From positions 64,001 through 128,000 of IMG/VR virus record IMGVR_UViG_3300010354_000044: DNA of 64,000 nucleotides. The stretch is one strand, 5' to 3'. The stretch comes from a virus. Below the pieces are notes generated by a model. It saw nothing but the letters and a program-made list of their open reading frames with translations, ran no database searches and was not told where the DNA came from. Of this stretch, positions 54,987 through 64,000 are shown one piece after another (within the stretch, counting starts at the first letter, position 1; the number at the start of each line of letters is the position of its first letter). The translations under genes and the position numbers were made by a program.

Positions 54987-55601
54987 ATGAACTATGACCA
55001 ACTTACAGCAACACAGCTACGACTGTTTAACTTAATATCCCACGTCCATTCTTGGCAGCATCTCGCTCAGCTACCCGACCAAATTGCGGAAGCTCTTATT
55101 CATTTAGCATTTGCGAATAGGGGTTCTGGCTACCCAGCTATTGCCGCTAGGTATAAGCTCGAGCGACTAGCCTCTATGTCTCATTCCGAAATTATTCAAG
55201 CCTGGGACAAGTTAAACGATACACATTCTTCCTCTAGGATTACTGCCAAAAAGATCAAATTCTATGTAGAGGATGTTTATAGTGATAATGGGGTTCAGTA
55301 TATTCAGGAAGCCTATGAGTTCCCTAATGGGCTGATTATGTCTTTATTACCACCAAACTTCACTTATTTCTATCCTGACAGGATTAGGTTACGTGCAGAG
55401 CGCGTAATTGAGACTGAAGATACTATCACTTTCACTCCTCACAAACTCCACCAGGCTTTAACCGACAGCATCAGTACATTTGATCAGGACCACATAACAG
55501 AAGAACTAGCGTTTTTAGTCAACCAATTGATCAACGACTACTTCGCAGCCAAATCCCGCCCCATTACCCCTAAACCTAAAACCGGCAGCCTGCAATCTTA
55601 A
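54987..55601 (+). CDS. Hypothetical protein
   Basis: ATGA overlap with the previous ORF. Confidence 0.65.
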   Translation: MNYDQLTATQLRLFNLISHVHSWQHLAQLPDQIAEALIHLAFANRGSGYPAIAARYKLERLASMSHSEIIQAWDKLNDTHSSSRITAKKIKFYVEDVYSDNGVQYIQEAYEFPNGLIMSLLPPNFTYFYPDRIRLRAERVIETEDTITFTPHKLHQALTDSISTFDQDHITEELAFLVNQLINDYFAAKSRPITPKPKTGSLQS

Positions 55602-55658
55602 CAAAGTTAAAAACCTGTAACCGCAGCGATATGTATTCCTGTCTCGGCCATTCTATTC

Positions 55659-56075
55659 GTGTCCGCCATGAGTAATGTCAATCCTTCCCCTAAAGCCCTC
55701 TTTATCTCTCCTGATGGCAAAGTCTACCCCGACACCCTGATTTGTTCTGGAAGCTTACCCCCAGAACTGCAAGGTAAACCCTGTCCCTACTCTCAAAATG
55801 GGCGATTACCCGATCCGGTGCCTCTAAATCCAGATGACCCTGGCTATACTCCTGACAAAGGTAAACCTGGGGACTTATGCCCGCCTTGTGCTAAACAACA
55901 ACTAGCCCACTTGGGGCATTGGCAGGGCCATGGCGGGCAATCCTTCCCTGAAGACCTATTACCGCTACGCCTATTCAAATGCCGAATGTGGTTTTGGCTA
56001 GTGGTGCCTGGTTTAGAAGATAACACCCCAACAGAACTGCTTTCTACGCCCCCCCCCTCTCCCCAGTACCCCTAA
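55659..56075 (+). CDS. Cys-containing hypothetical protein, host-like
   Basis: LICSG, PCPY, LCPPCAKQQL, LFKCRMW. Confidence 0.65.
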   Translation: MSAMSNVNPSPKALFISPDGKVYPDTLICSGSLPPELQGKPCPYSQNGRLPDPVPLNPDDPGYTPDKGKPGDLCPPCAKQQLAHLGHWQGHGGQSFPEDLLPLRLFKCRMWFWLVVPGLEDNTPTELLSTPPPSPQYP

Positions 56076-56141
56076 AACCGGCAGTTTGCATCATTAACTT
56101 TTAACTTGCAATTTTGCAAGTTATGTAGTAGTATGCTAAAT

Positions 56142-56409
56142 GGGCATAGCAACTTCCTTAACTTTGAAATTTGGCCATACCTAGTTGCCGCCCTTTAAAC
56201 ATTTAACCCGCATAAAGCATTCCTTTAAAACTATTTGGGATAACTATGCTTCGCGGGTGGCTACTACCCGACTAGACGGGGCATAGCGCAGTTTGGTAGC
56301 GCGCCTGCTTTGGGAGCAGGATGCCGCAGGTTCAAATCCTGCTGTCCCGATTAAGTCGCATAGCAACTTCCTTTTCCGTAATTCCTACCTACCCTTAGTT
56401 GCCGCGACT
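56142..56409 (+). ncRNA. Three related ~52-56 nt stem-loops (56142-56193, 56207-56257, 56354-56409) flanking tRNA-Pro
   Basis: GC-ATA-GCAAC-TTCCTT...GTTGC-C-GC architecture with compensatory outer stems. Confidence 0.6.
56277..56350 (+). tRNA. trnP: tRNA-Pro(UGG)
   Basis: CGGGGCA/TGTCCCG stem, loop TTTGGGA, GGTTCAAATCC. Confidence 0.92.
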
Positions 56410-56432
56410 ACCATTATTAAGGAGGCCCGATT

Positions 56433-58265
56433 ATGACTAAGCTAGATACCCGTTTAATCAGGTGCGCCTTGGACTACTTCAAGTGCGTTCCGTTGTCAGA
56501 TGACAATGAAGTCGCTGAAGAGCCCGTACTTATTAAGAACCGCGGTATTGTGCTGCACCCTACTGCGGTGTACGCGGAAAAGGTAGTAGAAAATTGGCTG
56601 AGCAACTCCCCTAACGGGGAACAGATGAATAAGACCTTCTATACCTCCTGGCGGGAGTGCCTGGCGGTCTCAACCAAGCAGCATATGCTCAACCAATTTG
56701 TACACTACATTACCGCGTATCTTAACGACCGGGGGCTTAGTGATGAGATTATTGTTCCCCGCAATGAACAAGACATTGCTGCAGATCTGCGTCTGCAGGT
56801 TATTAGAGGGGTATCACTTGACGAATTGGTAATTAGGGCCCACAAGACCCTCTGTCAGAACATCGCCCATCCTCAAGAGGTTATAGAAGACCTGTTATAT
56901 ATTCTTGAGTGCGGCGAATTTGCCTGGAATGAGGAGGAATTGGCCAAGGTCACTAACCGAGAAGCTCGGTATCAAATCTTTAAGCTGCTGGGTCTATACC
57001 CTAGTGAAGCAGAGGAGCTAACCAAGTACCTCTTTTTCCTAGCCACCAGCGATTCCTTAATTATCGGCAACAAGCAGTATATCCAAAGCCTAAGGACATC
57101 TAATTACGTCTTGAAGCTAACCCAAGAGCAGATTGACTTAGTAGCCGAGTGCTTCCATCGGTTCAAGAACCTATGGCTGGCGCTTAAGAAAGCTTCCAGC
57201 GCAAATCCCAAAGTGGTTAATACCATATCGCGGAGAGCTAAAGAGCTGCATATACCTAAAAAGCTGCCGGCTATCAAAACTGTGACTTCGGGCACGTTCT
57301 CTAGTAGTGAATTGGAGGACCTAGGTCGTCGGTCTTCTATCAAAGACCTTGTTACAGCTATTAATGCACTGAAGCTGTACCAGGATACAGACAGACGGTT
57401 CTTCCGTGTCCGAAATGGTAGAGGTTGGGCTACTAAGGCTATGGAAGGGGTGTTAGGTATGCCAGTTAACGACCGGAAGGCTCAATGGTGTGCCTATGAG
57501 AAGACACTGCTTGCAATTCTTAAGGAGAAAGTTGCTGCAAAGGGTTTGCGGGTGTACTGTCCTGATTACGTGGACTATAGCTTCCCGACCAGTCGGAAGC
57601 AGATGGTTGGTAACATCCCTGTAGGAACTAAGGTGAATGTGCCCAAAGATTCTAGAAATTCCATTGTAGGTATCTATTGGGAAAATCAAGAAGATGCCCG
57701 AGTGGACCTAGACCTTACCGCTCATCATATGAGTGGTGAAGTAGTAGGGTGGTATACCCGTCATAGAAGTGCGCAAGTGCCCCTAGTTTATTCTGGAGAC
57801 ATTACCAGCGGGCCTGCGGCGGAGTATGTTTACCGCAGCCCTTCTTGTACCGATCCTTTCCTATTAGCAGTAACCCACTTTGAAGGACCTTTGGAAAACC
57901 TGCGGTTCCATTTGATCATTGGGCATGAGCTAGAGGAAGCTAAACATAGCATTAATCCAAATAATGTTTTATTTAGCCTGCCGCTGACTATGGCAAGTAA
58001 ACAAAGCTGCTTAGGGCTACTAACTCAGTCAGCAGAAGGTCTAACCTTCTTTGTCAACAACGTAGGGATTGGAAACCAGCGGGTAACCCGAGCGTGCGAA
58101 AAGATAGAAACTATTTTGATGCATGCATTAGCTAGTTCTAATACTGGCCTTAAGTTGCGTGACTTAAAGGATGTAATTGAGTTTGTAGACGAACCAGATT
58201 CAAACAGTATAAACCTATCCCCGAGCGAATTGATGGTTGACTCCTTCAACTGCTTTGTGGATTAA
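56433..58265 (+). CDS. Large helical protein with C-terminal TerD-like domain
   Basis: GIYWEN..RVDLDLT..VYSGDITSGP.AEY; SD AAGGAGG. Confidence 0.6.
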   Translation: MTKLDTRLIRCALDYFKCVPLSDDNEVAEEPVLIKNRGIVLHPTAVYAEKVVENWLSNSPNGEQMNKTFYTSWRECLAVSTKQHMLNQFVHYITAYLNDRGLSDEIIVPRNEQDIAADLRLQVIRGVSLDELVIRAHKTLCQNIAHPQEVIEDLLYILECGEFAWNEEELAKVTNREARYQIFKLLGLYPSEAEELTKYLFFLATSDSLIIGNKQYIQSLRTSNYVLKLTQEQIDLVAECFHRFKNLWLALKKASSANPKVVNTISRRAKELHIPKKLPAIKTVTSGTFSSSELEDLGRRSSIKDLVTAINALKLYQDTDRRFFRVRNGRGWATKAMEGVLGMPVNDRKAQWCAYEKTLLAILKEKVAAKGLRVYCPDYVDYSFPTSRKQMVGNIPVGTKVNVPKDSRNSIVGIYWENQEDARVDLDLTAHHMSGEVVGWYTRHRSAQVPLVYSGDITSGPAAEYVYRSPSCTDPFLLAVTHFEGPLENLRFHLIIGHELEEAKHSINPNNVLFSLPLTMASKQSCLGLLTQSAEGLTFFVNNVGIGNQRVTRACEKIETILMHALASSNTGLKLRDLKDVIEFVDEPDSNSINLSPSELMVDSFNCFVD

Positions 58266-58298
58266 GGCTTAGCGCGGTCGCTACACGGACAAGCGCTA

Positions 58299-58336
58299 AG
58301 AAGGCGGGGGTTTCCCTCCTTACCCCGCCTTTTTTA
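58299..58336 (+). terminator. Intrinsic terminator
   Basis: AAGGCGGGG...CCCCGCCTT followed by a T run. Confidence 0.8.
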
Positions 58337-58439
58337 ATACGAAACATGAGCCGAGGCCTCCTCGGCTTGTGTCTTTTTATCGCCATTTCCTAACTAATAT
58401 GTTATATTAAAAAATACAGCAGTCTAAGCTGCCCTCGAC

Positions 58440-59075
58440 ATGAAAAGAGCCAAGAATTGGGATTTCAATTCATCCTCAAATCCCCAACACATTCCTACTC
58501 CAGCGGCGCCTGCTACTGAAAGTAGAGAAAGGTTGACTACTAAAGCTGAGAGTGTACCTAAGAGAATAACACAAGGGCCCCTTACCTTATATCCGGAAAG
58601 AATTACTAATACTAATGTGAAACCACGCCTAGCCATAGAACTAACTCGTAGGCAGCAAGTGCATGTCGTTGCTGCAGTTGTTGGTGTATTGGCATTAGTG
58701 GCTGCCGGCTCAAGCTTAGTAACCCGCAGCATCCAGAGTACGTCACCTACGGGCGATGCTATGGCTGAGTTTAACTGTGTATCTACTAACAATGTAGACC
58801 CCACAGGGATTCAAACATTGTATAACGTACAATCTCAGGTCTTGGCAGCTAGAACCCCCAGGGATGTCCTTGGAGACCCCGGGTGTACATTAGCTAAAGA
58901 GGTCGCGTCACCTACCTTAGCTTCTCAGGTCCTTTTGTATGAAACCGATAGACTTGACGTAGTGCTGGCGGTTGTTGTAACCGAAAGTGCTGGTAAGTTC
59001 TTTGTACAAGATACGTTCTTTACAGACGGCTTTACAAGAATTGAAGTACAGCAAAGCCAGGGAGAATCACTGTGA
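58440..59075 (+). CDS. Single-TM membrane protein
   Basis: VVAAVVGVLALVAAG segment. Confidence 0.65.
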   Translation: MKRAKNWDFNSSSNPQHIPTPAAPATESRERLTTKAESVPKRITQGPLTLYPERITNTNVKPRLAIELTRRQQVHVVAAVVGVLALVAAGSSLVTRSIQSTSPTGDAMAEFNCVSTNNVDPTGIQTLYNVQSQVLAARTPRDVLGDPGCTLAKEVASPTLASQVLLYETDRLDVVLAVVVTESAGKFFVQDTFFTDGFTRIEVQQSQGESL

Positions 59076-59644
59076 TTATAGCTATAGCAGGGCCCCATAG
59101 CAGTGGTAAGGATACTATTGCCGCTTTCTTAAAACCTTACGGCTTCAAAAGAATATCGTATGCGGATGAGGTTTGCCGGTGCGTATCCCATAAATACAAG
59201 CTCCCCTACGCCCGTCTTTTAGGCTTAAATCAAGAAGATAGACTTTGGCGCAGAACACCCCATACTAGCCTGGCTGTCCGTAACGGCGCACATTTAACCC
59301 CCTTGGATGTTCTAAATATAGAAGGGGATGGCAGCCGAGAAGTACAGCCAGATGTTTGGGTAAAGCACCTGCTGGATGTTATTGACAAAGATCCCCAAAG
59401 TAACTGGGTGATTCCAGGTCTAAGGCGCTTGAATGAAGCACAAGCTGTTCTAGCAAGGGGAGGGCTACTTTGGTATGTTCATAAACAGGGCCTTCCTTTA
59501 GGCCCTGAAGAGAAGGAACTCCCTTTTGTTAGGAATCTTGCTTCAGAGATTATTTATAACCAAGCAACCCTCTCTGACTTAGAGCAGACTGTAATGGGTC
59601 TAATATTAAAATTCAACATCCAGGGCGCAAATGCTACTTATTAG
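59072..59644 (+). CDS. Deoxynucleoside monophosphate kinase
   Basis: IIAIAGPHSSGKDT, SYAD, PDVWV, VIPGLR..NEA. Confidence 0.8.
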   Translation: MIIAIAGPHSSGKDTIAAFLKPYGFKRISYADEVCRCVSHKYKLPYARLLGLNQEDRLWRRTPHTSLAVRNGAHLTPLDVLNIEGDGSREVQPDVWVKHLLDVIDKDPQSNWVIPGLRRLNEAQAVLARGGLLWYVHKQGLPLGPEEKELPFVRNLASEIIYNQATLSDLEQTVMGLILKFNIQGANATY

Positions 59645-59743
59645 TAGAGGCTTAAAAACGCCTCAAAAGCTGAGTGCTTTTGAGATAGTCTGGTTTAAGC
59701 ACACCAGAGATTACTTAGCTGTTAGTTATCGGCTGAAAAAGAA

Positions 59744-59944
59744 ATGTCAGAAGTAACCGTTCGTTATGTAGAGCGTGATCCAGAAGTAACCGTTCGTTAT
59801 GTTGACCCTGCTACGTATGACGCTATGTGCCAGCTAGCCGCGCAGGGGTACAACGGCGATCAGATTGATGCAACCCTTGGCCTCCCTCCCATCCCCTCCC
59901 CCCAACCTCGGCAGACTACGCATGAGCAGCCCAATTATAACTAG
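59744..59944 (+). CDS. Small protein with duplicated EVTVRYV
   Basis: CAGAAGTAACCGTTCGTTATGT occurs twice. Confidence 0.5.
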   Translation: MSEVTVRYVERDPEVTVRYVDPATYDAMCQLAAQGYNGDQIDATLGLPPIPSPQPRQTTHEQPNYN

Positions 59945-60296
59945 AGTCGCTTACCAAGCCTACCAACTTAGGTGGCCGGCAGGACAGGGAAACACGGTCC
60001 TAGATATCTCGTTCTATAGATTTAACGAGCATTATAAATTAGATACCCTGCCTGCTCCTTATGTCCTGCAGCACTGGCAGGGTAAGCCAATTGGCTACCG
60101 ACGGTTTGGGTATTACTGTTCATCGGCAGATACGTATTACTCTAACTACACAGAGATAATACACGAAACCATTTGCCAACCCCTAGAGCTGCCGGATTCT
60201 ACAGTTTATAGGCCGGTAGCCGTTAACATTTTTTACGGGTCAAAGATTGAATATGATTCAGGAACAATTAAAGTGGTTGCCGCGCCCGAGCGTTAG
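59922..60296 (+). CDS. Hypothetical protein
   Basis: ORF; ATG 59922. Confidence 0.55.
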   Translation: MSSPIITRVAYQAYQLRWPAGQGNTVLDISFYRFNEHYKLDTLPAPYVLQHWQGKPIGYRRFGYYCSSADTYYSNYTEIIHETICQPLELPDSTVYRPVAVNIFYGSKIEYDSGTIKVVAAPER

Positions 60297-60792
60297 AAAC
60301 TCAGTTCTTATAACAGGTGCTGGCCTACTCGGATTTGTATTAATGACTCTAGTAACTTCCTCCGAAGGTACGCTGCAGGAATCCACGTTAACAGAGCAGA
60401 CCTTAAGCGCCTTAGGATATGTTAGAGGAGATATTACCCCTACAGTAAGCGTAGACGTACTTCCGGGTAGCATGCTTTTAAACTACAAAGAGCCTGCTAC
60501 TATCCATGCCTTAAGCAATGGGGTCATTACATTAGTACCAGGCTCCCCTAAATCTTATCGGCTGGAACTTATCAGCCCCTATGTAGTTCAGTTTCAACCC
60601 GAGGGCGGAAGTATAAAACTGATAAAAGACCGCTTTAAAGAAGGCGAACCTGTTTTGAAAGTAGAAGGAAGGATCGCAGTCACAATTTATTATCGGCAAG
60701 CATCTAATGAGATTAAGCCGGTTATTACATCAGTTATTAACAACCCGCAAGAACATAAAGCTGTTATAGACTCGATTATTCCGAAACCGTAG
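60253..60792 (+). CDS. Membrane-anchored hypothetical protein
   Basis: N-terminal TM segment. Confidence 0.6.
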   Translation: MIQEQLKWLPRPSVRNSVLITGAGLLGFVLMTLVTSSEGTLQESTLTEQTLSALGYVRGDITPTVSVDVLPGSMLLNYKEPATIHALSNGVITLVPGSPKSYRLELISPYVVQFQPEGGSIKLIKDRFKEGEPVLKVEGRIAVTIYYRQASNEIKPVITSVINNPQEHKAVIDSIIPKP

Positions 60793-60875
60793 CGCATAGC
60801 TACAGAAACAGCGGCACATAGCTACAACAACACCTAAAAACCCGCCCCCGGAGTGTACTGCCGGGGGTTTTTGTA

Positions 60876-61520
60876 TTGGAGAATCGCATGTACTGGATTA
60901 CTACAGAGAACAGAACCCGCATTGCCCTTTCTAATCTCACGGATAACCATGTCAAGAATGTCATTGAGTATATGCACAGAGAGTACTTAGGCCTGTATCG
61001 GCTTTGGGAGTTTCAACAGCAGTATCCCGAGGGTTCCTTATATCACTGTGGAGCTCTGTTTCCTGCTCGGGGGCGCATCGCTGGTTACTCAGAACTTGTT
61101 AAGGAAGCTGCACGGCGTGGGATAGCAGTAGAACATCCCCCAAACCCATTAACTCATGCTTATAATCCTAAGTTTGAGGGCTGGGGAAGGAGGTTGGATT
61201 ACAACAAAAATAAAGAACTCTTTGAACTTTATACTCGTTGTAGTAGCTGTAGCCGGGTATACTGGGTCGGAGAATGGTTAATCGGAAGCTCAAAGGTTAG
61301 GCTGTTACGCGTTTATAACCCAGTAAGTATCGTAGAAAATAGGCGTATTCTTGCAAGGTATACGCTTGACCTAGAAAGTCCCCACTTTTCTAGAAAATTG
61401 TCTAAGTTGATTAATTTAAGTTACAGTATAACAAATAATTATACTGTTCCTCCTAATGAAATTAACTATAAACGACAACGACGGGGACGTAAACCTAGAC
61501 ATTCAAGGACCACCCACTAA
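60876..61520 (+). CDS. Hypothetical protein
   Basis: ORF; N-terminal similarity to 15388. Confidence 0.65.
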   Translation: MENRMYWITTENRTRIALSNLTDNHVKNVIEYMHREYLGLYRLWEFQQQYPEGSLYHCGALFPARGRIAGYSELVKEAARRGIAVEHPPNPLTHAYNPKFEGWGRRLDYNKNKELFELYTRCSSCSRVYWVGEWLIGSSKVRLLRVYNPVSIVENRRILARYTLDLESPHFSRKLSKLINLSYSITNNYTVPPNEINYKRQRRGRKPRHSRTTH

Positions 61521-61947
61521 GGTCTATAGCTACTGGAAATTACTGTCGGAAAACAAGGAGCTTGAACTAGCAATGGCGGGATCGGCGGAGGAAATAACTT
61601 TATTCCTAGCAGCTAATCAGAAGGAGGAGGTTCACGCTGCCCCTCTTAAAAAAGCTGAAGAGCGCGTGCATCCACCTGCCCCGTCCGCCAATCCTGACAT
61701 TGATTTAGAGCATAATGGATCAATCCTTAACCTACTTAAGGGGAACGAGGTTGCCTTTATTGATCCGGAAGGGTCAACAGCTAAGCAAGTGCTGGAAAAT
61801 TTATTACAAAGGTACCCCTCTAATACCGATTTAGGGTTGGACAAAAAGCTACAATCTGTAGTTAGAAAATACTTAAATGACTGCCGGGGGATAGGCCAAA
61901 AAAGATCCCCTAATGGCCAAGTAAAGTATATTCTCGGAGGTGATTAA
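61456..61947 (+). CDS. Hypothetical protein
   Basis: Coupled to next gene. Confidence 0.65.
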   Translation: MKLTINDNDGDVNLDIQGPPTKVYSYWKLLSENKELELAMAGSAEEITLFLAANQKEEVHAAPLKKAEERVHPPAPSANPDIDLEHNGSILNLLKGNEVAFIDPEGSTAKQVLENLLQRYPSNTDLGLDKKLQSVVRKYLNDCRGIGQKRSPNGQVKYILGGD

Positions 61948-62921
61948 TGCTTTTAGACGTACTTCTTAGCTTTCAAGCTTTAAAGCCTGAAGTTCCTAAG
62001 CAACAACCTAACAACAGCGACAGGATTGAAGTCCCTGCCCAGCCGTTCATCCCTTCCTTCGGAGGAGCCGGGCGCCAGCGGTCTGTCTATAGCCCGGAAC
62101 TACAGCGAAAAATATTGGATGGCGAAGCTACGTTAGTGAGCTTTACACTTCCTGAGGGCGAGCAAGCCCCTACGCCAGCGCCAGTACCTGTGCTTCAAAC
62201 TCCTTCTCTAGCTGAGCAGGTTAGTACAGGCTTAGAGCTGCTGCAAAAACCTAAGAAGCCCGTCAGAAAGATAATTGAAGTGCCTAAGTCAGCAACTGAC
62301 TTCGGTTACTTATTTGAAGGCGGGTCTAACAGCCCGTTAGCTATTATGGTAGGTACTTCTGAAGGCACCAGAACCTACAATGGGGGTAAGACTCAACATT
62401 ACAAAAGCCACATAGACCCAGGCAATAAGGCTGTAAACCAAGGGTCTTTCTCCTATCAACACAGTGCTGCTGGGCCTGAAGATGCGGATGCTAAGCAACT
62501 AAAAAGGCTACAAGGACAAGCCGCGGCGCTTATGCAGCAAGCTAACGACCTAGGAATCTCGGCTTATATAACCGAGTTTGCCTTTGCAATGATGATGGAC
62601 CTATGTACACAAAGTCCTACTTCTTGCCTAGGCTCTACTCAAAGGCCTAGGAGCCGAGGTCTAATGGCCTACCTAGCGGATGAGATTATTACAGCAAAAG
62701 ACGAAGGGCGTGTAATTGACACAAATTACTTAGATACTTTGTCTATTGATAGCTGGGCAGAAATCAGGGCAGCAACCTACATAGATACGACCGCTAATAA
62801 CTGGACGTCAACTGGCTTAAAGCGCGCGGGCGTTCCGTTGTCTAACTCTACCTTTAATGATCAAAAGAGGCGGACCAAAAGGGTGCAAGAGGCTTATAGC
62901 CATTACCTAAAGACAAAATAG
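61947..62921 (+). CDS. Possible lysozyme-fold cell-wall hydrolase of a cyanobacterial family
   Basis: GTSEGTRT..HIDPGN..NQGSFSYQH..EDADAKQL..DL..QSP. Confidence 0.4.
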   Translation: MLLDVLLSFQALKPEVPKQQPNNSDRIEVPAQPFIPSFGGAGRQRSVYSPELQRKILDGEATLVSFTLPEGEQAPTPAPVPVLQTPSLAEQVSTGLELLQKPKKPVRKIIEVPKSATDFGYLFEGGSNSPLAIMVGTSEGTRTYNGGKTQHYKSHIDPGNKAVNQGSFSYQHSAAGPEDADAKQLKRLQGQAAALMQQANDLGISAYITEFAFAMMMDLCTQSPTSCLGSTQRPRSRGLMAYLADEIITAKDEGRVIDTNYLDTLSIDSWAEIRAATYIDTTANNWTSTGLKRAGVPLSNSTFNDQKRRTKRVQEAYSHYLKTK

Positions 62922-62961
62922 TCCGGCATTGAAATTTATTAATTAACCCTTGGAGGGTAAC

Positions 62962-63312
62962 ATGCAACTAGCAAACTTGGTTGAGAATCAGACTACTGAG
63001 ATTACTAACCTTATGGAGGACTGGAAGCAAGTAATTTACAGTAAGTACTTTGCAAGATATGCAGATATTAACGTGGAGGACCTTGTAGTTAAGCTAACAG
63101 GAAAACGTAGATCACACCGTATAGAACTTCAGTTTCCTGTAGGAAATCAAACCATTACGCTTTATAGCGGCACTATAAAGCCCATTAGTACATTAGATCA
63201 AGTGTTGACTGGTGCGGGTAATCAAGAACAGTCATACTATTTGGCTGGTTGTTTAAACAGCACCTTGAGAGTAAGCATAACAGGGACAGAATTCCTTTGC
63301 ACCGAGGAGTGA
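62962..63312 (+). CDS. Hypothetical protein; paralogue of 63585..63995
   Basis: M.LA.L.......L...WK......YF..Y shared. Confidence 0.7.
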   Translation: MQLANLVENQTTEITNLMEDWKQVIYSKYFARYADINVEDLVVKLTGKRRSHRIELQFPVGNQTITLYSGTIKPISTLDQVLTGAGNQEQSYYLAGCLNSTLRVSITGTEFLCTEE

Positions 63313-63584
63313 GGTGTTGACGCTTCTCTGCAAACCTCTCAGCATGTTCTTATCAATCCTAAGTCCATAGGAGCGTATTTGTATACGCTGCTAGGTGATG
63401 AAGAGTCCCTCACAATGCTGGATGAAGAGCCTGTACCGGCTGAAGACGAGCTTTAACTCTCACTTGCGTTACAAGTAGCACTGGAGGTTATATCTATAGG
63501 CCTGATAACTTTTAGGCTAATACTTATTAGGCCTGTAGATATAAGGACCGTCTGCAACACTTCAACCTATAGACGGAGACTAAC

Positions 63585-63995
63585 ATGAACTTAGCTACGC
63601 TAATTAACGAACATAAGATCACCCTAGATTCCCTTATACAGAATTGGAAGGCCTTAACTCATGCTACATACTTTAAACAGTATGAGGAAGTAAGTCCTGA
63701 CAGATTGACAACAAAACTCGTTATCTCCAATAATCGGTACCGAATTCGCCTTGATATTTCTTTTGATTTAGGGCAGGGACCTTCTAGAGTTACGTTCTAC
63801 AGCAATCTGATAGAACCTCTGCCCGCAGCATCAGATTTGGAACAATGCCCAAATCTATATAATTATGTACGCAATAACCATTGGATTGTAGCTACTGGGT
63901 TAATGACCGTGGATAACCAGCCCATTGCGCCTAATGAGTTGTTAATGCATCTTATCATGCATAACGAACGGTTACTACTGACCTTCCTCCCTTAA
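63585..63995 (+). CDS. Hypothetical protein; paralogue of 62962..63312
   Basis: As above; SD GGAG. Confidence 0.7.
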   Translation: MNLATLINEHKITLDSLIQNWKALTHATYFKQYEEVSPDRLTTKLVISNNRYRIRLDISFDLGQGPSRVTFYSNLIEPLPAASDLEQCPNLYNYVRNNHWIVATGLMTVDNQPIAPNELLMHLIMHNERLLLTFLP

Positions 63996-64000
63996 CCTAT

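Overview
A 64 kb segment of a large lytic phage genome, most likely infecting a cyanobacterium. Host evidence: a cyanobacterial-type tRNA-CAT, a phycobiliprotein-like ORF, four FGE-sulfatase paralogues and several cyanobacteria-like small proteins. Almost all genes are on the + strand and no capsid or tail genes are recognisable. 1-18.9 kb is a GC-richer, early-looking block. It is dominated by a ~2840-aa polyprotein (Arg-rich N-terminus, Dda/RecD-like SF1 helicase, single-chain two-barrel RNA polymerase with DFDGD, NADAR, DarG/TARG1-like macrodomain). Four copies of a palindromic promoter-like element lie upstream of it. Downstream is an array of small genes, most preceded by a covarying hairpin ending in CGGCGGTTTGATTT. 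A 1.2 kb repeat-rich non-coding stretch (18.9-20.1 kb) separates this block from about 44 kb of small accessory genes, many of them paralogous. These include an Rnl2-like ligase, a Pnkp, five CCA-less tRNAs, an Arr-like ADP-ribosyltransferase and a chromophore-less phycoerythrin-alpha-like protein (the CCA-type nucleotidyltransferase lies in the early block). A dnaX-type programmed -1 frameshift gene sits beside an origin-like AT-rich region, and three related stem-loop RNAs surround tRNA-Pro upstream of a TerD-like gene. All functional calls come from motif recognition by eye; no database searches were run.
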